A DNA stretch of 64,000 bases from an uncultured delta proteobacterium (GTDB lineage: Bacteria; Myxococcota_A; Polyangia; Fen-1088), in NCBI GenBank assembly GCA_963755125.1, contig CAVWIP010000017.1, forward strand, positions 384,001 to 448,000, read 5' to 3'. Position 1 is the first letter of the stretch; each line of letters opens with the position of its first letter. The position numbers and the translations under genes were made by a program. Shown one piece after another: positions 57,884 through 64,000 of this stretch. Under the pieces are notes generated by a model that was not told the origin of the DNA, did no database searches, and saw only the letters and a program-made list of their open reading frames with translations.

Positions 57884-57994
57884 GCGATCAATGAGGTTGC
57901 GCTGTGGAACACGCATTCGCGGACCATGAAGCGCGATGCGCAGGGAACGACAGCGCGGTCTTGGCGTCGGCGGACGGCGACGGCGGTGGGAACG

Positions 57995-58546
57995 CTAGCG
58001 GACTCGGCCCTTGGCCTCGAGAGCGGTTTCCACCAGCCTGATCTCGACCATCAGATCGCTGGCCATGCGCTCCAGCCCTGCGCGCAGGCGGGCCACGTCA
58101 GCGTGGGGAGGCAAGCGGACGCGGGTCTTGGCGGAGAAGAGCATCTCGCCCGACATGGGCGCGCTGGAACGGTTGGTCGATAGCTCCTCCACGTTGGCGC
58201 CGCTGCGGGCCAGGATCTGCGAGATCTCGCGCACGATTCCCGGCCGGTCGAGCCCGACCAGTTCCAGATCCATGGTACGCGCCTGGTCGGGCGCTGGTTG
58301 TTCGCTGCCGTCGCTCGGCTCGGCGACCACGCGCAGGCCGCGCTCCTGCAAGGTGGCCAGCGCCGCGGAGAGCGGCACGACCTGGACGGTCGGGATCTCG
58401 ACGCGCAGGATGCCGGCGAATTTCCCGGCCAGATGGGCCATGCGGCTTTCCAGCCAGTTGCCGCCGTGGCCGGCGATCACCTCGGCCACCGCCTCGACCA
58501 GGCCGGGTCGATCGGACCCGATGAGCGTGAGAACCAGATCGGTCAT
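57995..58546 (-). CDS. GcvR-like double ACT-domain protein
   Basis: LIGSDRPGLV...GNWLESRM...FAG; VGLDRPGIV...SAPMSGEMLF. Confidence 0.88.
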   Translation of the reverse strand: MTDLVLTLIGSDRPGLVEAVAEVIAGHGGNWLESRMAHLAGKFAGILRVEIPTVQVVPLSAALATLQERGLRVVAEPSDGSEQPAPDQARTMDLELVGLDRPGIVREISQILARSGANVEELSTNRSSAPMSGEMLFSAKTRVRLPPHADVARLRAGLERMASDLMVEIRLVETALEAKGRVR

Positions 58547-58557
58547 GGAAGTACTCC

Positions 58558-58968
58558 TCACGAAAGAATGAACAGGGCGTAGCAGCCCAGGCCCACCTCG
58601 ATGGCGAGAAGAAGCAAAGAGGTTCCGTGCAGGCGCTCAAACGCGCGGCGCTCCTCGTTGCTGGCCGGGGCATTGGCGTCGTGTACGCGACTGCGCATGG
58701 CGCGCGCAGCCGGACCCACGGCGAACGAGGCGATGAGGCGCAAGCCGGTCATCACCGCGAGCGCCGCCAGCAGGTGGCCCGAGGGCCAGGCCTGGCCGAC
58801 AGCCGCGAGCACGCCCAGCGCCACGATGAGCAAGGCCAGCGCGCCCAGAAGCACGCGGTCGGCGCGCGCCAGCATGGGCGCCGCCATCTCGTGCGCCTGG
58901 GGTCGCTCCAGCGATCGGAAGAGGGCCGGCACCATGACCAGCGCGCCCAGGGCCAAGCCTATCCACAC
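58558..58968 (-). CDS. DUF4149-like membrane protein
   Basis: Four hydrophobic segments; VPALFRSL; RRAFERLHGTS; true start may be upstream (CTG at 59034). Confidence 0.65.
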   Translation of the reverse strand: MWIGLALGALVMVPALFRSLERPQAHEMAAPMLARADRVLLGALALLIVALGVLAAVGQAWPSGHLLAALAVMTGLRLIASFAVGPAARAMRSRVHDANAPASNEERRAFERLHGTSLLLLAIEVGLGCYALFILS

Positions 58969-59035
58969 CGTCAGCCCCAGCAGAGCGCCGAAGCGACCGC
59001 CGACAATCAGGGCGTGGGAGAGCGATGAAGACAGG

Positions 59036-59512
59036 TCAGACCTTCAGGTGAAGGGCCATGTTCTTTTCCAGCGACTCGCTGCAGGCGTCGACCACGAGTT
59101 GCCAGATGTTGCGCATCTGAGCTTCAATGACCGTACCGTCGGCCTCATCTTCCTCTTCGTCATCTTCGTCGTCGTTCTCTTCCTCGAAATCGTCGTCCTC
59201 GATGGCCAGCTCTTCCTTCATTTCTTCCAGCGTGTCCGACAGGGAGACCGCCGAAGCCACCCGCAGGTCGCCCACGTGCAGACGCCCGTCGAACTCTACC
59301 GGCAGATAGATGTCGGCCGCCATGTCGTGGGCTTCCAGGCGGTCGAGAAACTCGGTCATCGCGTCTTCGGACAGGCGCTTGGCGATGGTATGGGTGGTGT
59401 GGTCGTCACCCGCCGGCAAGCGGGCACCCGCATGATCCAGCTGTTTGCGCAGCGCCTTCATCTCGTCATCGTCAAGGCGATCGGAAAGGGGACCGAGCTC
59501 GATTTCAGCCAT
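59036..59512 (-). CDS. Highly acidic hypothetical protein
   Basis: MAEIELGPLSDRL...DIYLPVEF...EDDDFEEENDDEDDEEEDE; host-like codon usage. Confidence 0.7.
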   Translation of the reverse strand: MAEIELGPLSDRLDDDEMKALRKQLDHAGARLPAGDDHTTHTIAKRLSEDAMTEFLDRLEAHDMAADIYLPVEFDGRLHVGDLRVASAVSLSDTLEEMKEELAIEDDDFEEENDDEDDEEEDEADGTVIEAQMRNIWQLVVDACSESLEKNMALHLKV

Positions 59513-59609
59513 GGGCCATACGGTGCCGCAGCCAAAGCCATCCGTCAACGTCCGCCGATTCATCCGGTCGACATTCCGGCATCCAACGGGTATGGAATCG
59601 TCACGTGCC

Positions 59610-62315
59610 ATGACCGAGCCCTTTGAACCCACTGCCAGATGGATCTCCTTGCGCATGAACGCCACCCGCGATCAGGCCGCAACTGGCCTGCGCGCCGGCT
59701 TGCCCGGCGTGGCGCTGGCCGAGCAACTGTCCCACGGGGTGGAGGCAATCATCGCTGAGTTGCTTGCTTTTCACCTGGCCCGCGCGCGCAAGGGAAGCTC
59801 GTCCGAGATCGCTGTGCTGGCCACGGGTGGGTTCGGCCGGCGCGAACTGGCGCCGTATTCTGACTTGGATTTGCTCTTCCTGTGCGCGAAGTCGCCCGAC
59901 GGCGCGGTGGAGGAACTGGCCCGCGCCATTTTGGTTCCCCTGTGGGACGCCAAGGTGGACGCGGGACACGCGGTGCGTTCGGTCTCCGATGCGTTGGCCC
60001 TGCCAGCCAGCGATCTGGCCGCTGCCACCGCTTTGCTCGATGCGCGGTTTCTGACCGGCGACCGTCGGCTGGCTGATCGATTTTTGTCGAGCTACCACAC
60101 CCGGGTGGCCAAGGCCTCGACCGATGGCTTCGTGGCGCGCCTGCGTTCGGAGCAGTTCAGCCGCCACTCGCGTTTCGGTGACACCATATTCATGCTCGAG
60201 CCTGACCTGAAGAGCGGCCCGGGCGGGATTCGCGATCTGTGTGTGGGGCGCTGGGCGGCCCAGGTTGGCTTCAAGACCGCCGATCCGCAGAAGCTCCAGC
60301 AGATGGGTGAGATGTCGCCCCGTCAGGCTGCGGCGATGGAAGCGGCCCGGGACTGGCTTCTGCGGGTACGCGTCGCCGTGCACCTGACCGCGGGCCGGCG
60401 CCAGGAGCAACTTCGCTTCGATCTCCAGGAGAGCATTGCGCCGCTTTTCCACCCCGACGCCACATCGGGGCCGGGCGGGGTTCGTCCTGCCGTGGCGCCT
60501 GCGGTGGAGGCGCTCATGCACGACTTTCAGAGGCACGCGCGCGCGGTCAGCCGGGAAACCGAGCGCCTGCTGCGGCGGGTGTGCACCGATCGCAGCCATC
60601 AGCCGACCGTGCAGACCATGCGGATCGACAAGGCCGGCAAGGCGGACCCGAGTTTCGAGATTTCCGACGGCACGCTTGAGGTAAAGAACAACATCATCTT
60701 CGAGACAAAACCTTACGAGATGATTAGGCTTTTTGCGCTGTCGATCGAATCGAATCTGGCCGTGGGCCGACGCACGGCTGACCTGGTGGCCGAGATCGCC
60801 GCTACCCGGGGCGCGGACCTGCGCGAGGATCCGGAGGCGGCCACGCACTTCCTGCAGGTCCTGGTCGACACCCGCGATGCCGGCACGCCCTCGCGCCTGG
60901 AACAGATGCACGACCTGGGGCTCATCAGCGCACTCATCCCGGAGTGGGAGCCGCTGGTAGGCCGGGTGCAGCACGACCTGTATCACGTGTACACGGTGGA
61001 CCAGCACTCCCTTTATGCGGTGGCCACCTTGAAGGCCGTCGCGCGGGGCGAGATGGCGGCTGACTACCCGCAGGTTTCGGCCGAGTTCCCCGCGGTCACG
61101 CGGCGGCTGGCCTTGTTCGTGGGGGTGCTCTTGCACGACGTGGGCAAGCCACTCGGGTCGCCCCACGACGAGAAGGGCGCCGTGCTGTCCGAGCGCATTG
61201 CCGCCCGCCTGGGTCTCATCCCGGCCGACGTGCGCCTGGTGGAGTTCCTGGTGCGCGAGCACCTTTTCATGAGCCACACCTCGCAGCGCCGCGACCTGGA
61301 AGACGTCAGCCTGATCGAGCACTTTGCCAAGGGCTGCGAGAACGAGGAAAAACTGCGCCAGCTCTTCCTGCTGACCTTCTGCGACCTGGCCTCCACCGGT
61401 CCCAAGACCATGACCCATTGGAAGAGCGAGCTGATGGCCGACCTGTTCGAGCGCACTCTCAAGTTCATGCGGCGAGGCGCGGACCTCTTGCAGGCCGAGC
61501 AGGCCGAGTTGGTGCAGGAGAGGGAGAAGCAGGCGGCGTTGCTGCTCGCCGGCGAGGTGGAAGGGACCGTGCTGGCCGACCTCTTTGCCGGGCTGCCTGA
61601 CCGCTACTTCACCGAGAACGAAGCCGAGCGGATCGCCGCGCACATGCGCCTGGCGCTGGGCCGCAAAGGGCCGTGCGCCATCGAGGTGAACCATTCCCCG
61701 CGGGGAACCTCCTCGGAACTGGTGCTGGTGGCCCAGGACGTGCCCGGCCTGCTGGCCCGGGTCGCGGGCGTGTTTTTCGCCAACCGCATCGACATTCTGG
61801 ACGCCGCCATCTATTCACGCGAGGCGGTGTCCGGCCGAAGCCAGGGCGAGGCTCTGGACGTGTTCCGCATCCGCAAGGAGCCCGACGGCGCGGTGACCGA
61901 CGAGCGCCGCATCGCCAGCCTCCGGGCCGACCTGGAAGCCGTGCTGGCCGGTCAGGTGAGCGTCGATGCGCTGGTGGCCCGGCGGCCGCGCGCGCCGTCC
62001 ATCATCGACCGGGCCAAGCCCGAGGTGCCACCCACCGAGGTGCGCGTGGACAACGAGATCAGCTCCGCCTTCACCGTGCTCGACGTCTTCACCGAGGACA
62101 AGCCGGGGGTGCTTTACACCATCACGCGAACCCTGGCAGAGCACGGCCTGGACATCCATCGCTCGCGGGTGGGTGTGGCCGGCGACCGGGTGGCCGACAT
62201 CTTCTACGTGCGGGACATTGCCACGGGCGGGAAGTTGACTGATCCGGCGCGGCTGAATTCGCTGGCTGATGCGCTCAAGAAGGCGCTGCCGGGGTCAGTG
62301 GGTCGAAAAGGGTAG
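59610..62315 (+). CDS. glnD: PII uridylyltransferase/uridylyl-removing enzyme
   Basis: GGFGRRELAPYSDLD, EPDLKSGPGGIRD, YHVYTVDQH, LLHDVGK, two ACT domains (DVPGLL, DKPGVL...ADIFYV). Confidence 0.95.
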   Translation: MTEPFEPTARWISLRMNATRDQAATGLRAGLPGVALAEQLSHGVEAIIAELLAFHLARARKGSSSEIAVLATGGFGRRELAPYSDLDLLFLCAKSPDGAVEELARAILVPLWDAKVDAGHAVRSVSDALALPASDLAAATALLDARFLTGDRRLADRFLSSYHTRVAKASTDGFVARLRSEQFSRHSRFGDTIFMLEPDLKSGPGGIRDLCVGRWAAQVGFKTADPQKLQQMGEMSPRQAAAMEAARDWLLRVRVAVHLTAGRRQEQLRFDLQESIAPLFHPDATSGPGGVRPAVAPAVEALMHDFQRHARAVSRETERLLRRVCTDRSHQPTVQTMRIDKAGKADPSFEISDGTLEVKNNIIFETKPYEMIRLFALSIESNLAVGRRTADLVAEIAATRGADLREDPEAATHFLQVLVDTRDAGTPSRLEQMHDLGLISALIPEWEPLVGRVQHDLYHVYTVDQHSLYAVATLKAVARGEMAADYPQVSAEFPAVTRRLALFVGVLLHDVGKPLGSPHDEKGAVLSERIAARLGLIPADVRLVEFLVREHLFMSHTSQRRDLEDVSLIEHFAKGCENEEKLRQLFLLTFCDLASTGPKTMTHWKSELMADLFERTLKFMRRGADLLQAEQAELVQEREKQAALLLAGEVEGTVLADLFAGLPDRYFTENEAERIAAHMRLALGRKGPCAIEVNHSPRGTSSELVLVAQDVPGLLARVAGVFFANRIDILDAAIYSREAVSGRSQGEALDVFRIRKEPDGAVTDERRIASLRADLEAVLAGQVSVDALVARRPRAPSIIDRAKPEVPPTEVRVDNEISSAFTVLDVFTEDKPGVLYTITRTLAEHGLDIHRSRVGVAGDRVADIFYVRDIATGGKLTDPARLNSLADALKKALPGSVGRKG

Positions 62316-62372
62316 AGCGCACAAGCCGCAAACCCGTTGACACATTCCTGCGTCGGCGCTGAAGTTGCGCCC

Positions 62373-63443
62373 ATGTTCAATCTTGCTGCCGTTGCTGTGG
62401 TCATCATGCTTGCGCAGGGCGGGGCGCCGCCAGGCCCGCAGAAAGCCAATCCCGCAGCGGCCCACCTCGAACGAGGGCAGAAGCTCATCCAGTCGGGCGA
62501 TCTGGCCGGCGCGCTGGAGGCGTTCGATGCGGCGGCCAAGGCCGACCCCAAGGACCCTCGCGCCTGGTATTTGCGGGGCGTGGTGTTGGAAAAGCGGCAC
62601 GACGCGAGCGGGGCAGAGAGGGCGTACCGTGAGGCGGTCGACCGCGACGCCAGGTTCGCGCCCGCGCACAACAACCTCGGGGCCATGCTGTTGGGCAAGG
62701 GTGAGACAGGTGCCGCCGAGAAGGAACTCCATGCCGCTATCAGCGGCGATCCCAAGTACGCCGATGCCCACTTCAACCTAGGGCTGGTGCGCGACACACA
62801 GGGCAAGCCAGGCGAAGCGGTGAAGTCGTACCGCGAGGCCGTGCGCCTGCGGCCCGACGACGCCAGCTTTCACGTCAACCTGGGCGCGGCGCTGCGCAAG
62901 ACCGGCGAGATCGACAGCGCCCTGCTGGAGCTGCGTCAGGCGGCACGCCTGGCGCCGCAAGACGCGACGGCGTGGACCAACCTGGGGCTTCTGCTTTCCG
63001 ACAAGAAGGCGTTCGACGAAGCGCGCGAAGCGCTGGAGAAGGCCACCAAGATAGACCCCAAGCTGGCGGCAGCGTGGACCGGGCTGGGACGGGTGGAGAT
63101 GCGGCGCAAGCAGCCAGCCGCGGCTGCCGATGCGCTGGCGCGGGCACGCAAGCTGGATGCGAAGAACCCCACTGTCGCCGCCGACTACTGCCGCGCACTG
63201 GCTGACAAAGACATCAGGGCCAAGGGGACTCAGGAGGAATGCCGGGCTGCGGTCGCCCTCGACGGCAGCAACGCCCTGGCTCGCTACGAACTGGGCAAGG
63301 TTCTGGTGGCTCAAGGCGACTGCGCCGCGGCCAAGAGCGAACTGGACAAGTTCGCCGCCCTCGACGGGGTAAAGCCCGAGGCCAAGGTCAAGGCCCAGGA
63401 GATCCTGAAGACCTGCACGCCCGCCAAGCCGGGAAAGAAGTAG
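62373..63443 (+). CDS. Secreted TPR-repeat protein
   Basis: Signal peptide and successive TPR units (AHNNLG, AHFNLG, HVNLG, AWTNLG). Confidence 0.88.
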   Translation: MFNLAAVAVVIMLAQGGAPPGPQKANPAAAHLERGQKLIQSGDLAGALEAFDAAAKADPKDPRAWYLRGVVLEKRHDASGAERAYREAVDRDARFAPAHNNLGAMLLGKGETGAAEKELHAAISGDPKYADAHFNLGLVRDTQGKPGEAVKSYREAVRLRPDDASFHVNLGAALRKTGEIDSALLELRQAARLAPQDATAWTNLGLLLSDKKAFDEAREALEKATKIDPKLAAAWTGLGRVEMRRKQPAAAADALARARKLDAKNPTVAADYCRALADKDIRAKGTQEECRAAVALDGSNALARYELGKVLVAQGDCAAAKSELDKFAALDGVKPEAKVKAQEILKTCTPAKPGKK

Positions 63444-63467
63444 CCGAAGCGGAGACACAGAAAACCG

Positions 63468-64000
63468 CTGACCGCCTATCAGATCGAGCCCGAAAAAGCT
63501 GGATCATTTCGATCACTTACGAAATAGCGTGAAAAATAAGTGGAAAAGGGCCCACGGGTCCTCCGAAGTTTGGTTTTTGCCAACTAAACGCAGGAGGTTT
63601 CCCCGTGAGCCCAGAACGAACCTACCCATTTCTCAGCGACTTGCTCGACCCTTTTCATAAGGCGCGCCGCAGAACGCTGGGTCTGATCATCGCCGCCATC
63701 GCCGCCACTGGTCAGGCTCGCTCGTTCGCCATCGCCACGACTCTGGCCGGCTGGCTGCGGACCAGGCTGGACAGTGCGGTCAATCGCTTCTACCGGCTGC
63801 TGCGCAATGAGCACGTCGACTATCTTGAATTCGCCACGCGGTCGCTGGATTTGCTCGCCCGTCGCCCGGATCGGCATGTCCTGCTCGCTGTGGACTGGAC
63901 CGAATGGCACCATGACTTGCGCCTCCTGGTCGCTGCCATGGTCACCGGCAAGCGGGCCATCCCCGTCTTCGTTCAAGGTTGGCGCAAGTTGATCCGAGAT
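63468..64000 (+). mobile_element. IS4-family element, left part
   Basis: Candidate left end CTGACCGCCTATCAG at 63468, AT-richer leader, transposase ORF running off the window. Confidence 0.6.
63605..64000 (+). CDS. IS4-family transposase (partial)
   Basis: Manual translation from GTG at 63605 after CAGGAGG: ...SAVNRFYRLLRN...VLLAVDWTEW...GKRAIPV, matching the IS10/IS4-like N-terminus and first catalytic Asp. Confidence 0.8.
   Translation, partial: MSPERTYPFLSDLLDPFHKARRRTLGLIIAAIAATGQARSFAIATTLAGWLRTRLDSAVNRFYRLLRNEHVDYLEFATRSLDLLARRPDRHVLLAVDWTEWHHDLRLLVAAMVTGKRAIPVFVQGWRKLIRD

Noticed and set aside
59601..61694. 697-aa antisense ORF opposite glnD, and similar long shadow ORFs elsewhere
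   Set aside because: Expected artefact of high GC3 codon usage; no recognisable motifs, and the opposite strand carries clear genes.

Overview
GC-rich chromosomal segment, most likely from a myxobacterium (Myxococcota), inferred from PilZ, FHA/Ser-Thr kinase, GltJ/AgmX-like and DUF4388 genes. Housekeeping genes: metX (partial), era, der, yfgM/bamB-like, queA, tgt, lepA, lepB, tyrA, aroA, parA, parB, serC, purA, pyrE, glnD, tRNA-Met and tRNA-Cys. Other blocks: an FHA-PP2C-Ser/Thr kinase operon, and a six-gene Hyf-like membrane complex whose large subunit lacks the NiFe ligands (Ehr type). A ~3.2 kb accessory patch between serC and purA holds two toxin-antitoxin loci (one toxin internally deleted), an IS110 element and a DnaB N-terminal fragment. 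An IS4-family element begins at the right edge. The strongest observation is the IS110 element. Its ends can be inferred from the sequence (AG core at 37104-37105 and 38719-38720), it appears inserted in a ~54 bp imperfect palindrome, and its left end carries a structured non-coding region with segments matching both element ends, as expected for a bridge RNA. Also notable: probable CTG start codons, an FHA-fused pseudo-ATPase of the CpaF/VirB11 type, a four-copy bipartite motif in a pseudo-receiver protein, and a dispersed palindromic repeat. All family calls come from motif recognition by eye; no database search was run.
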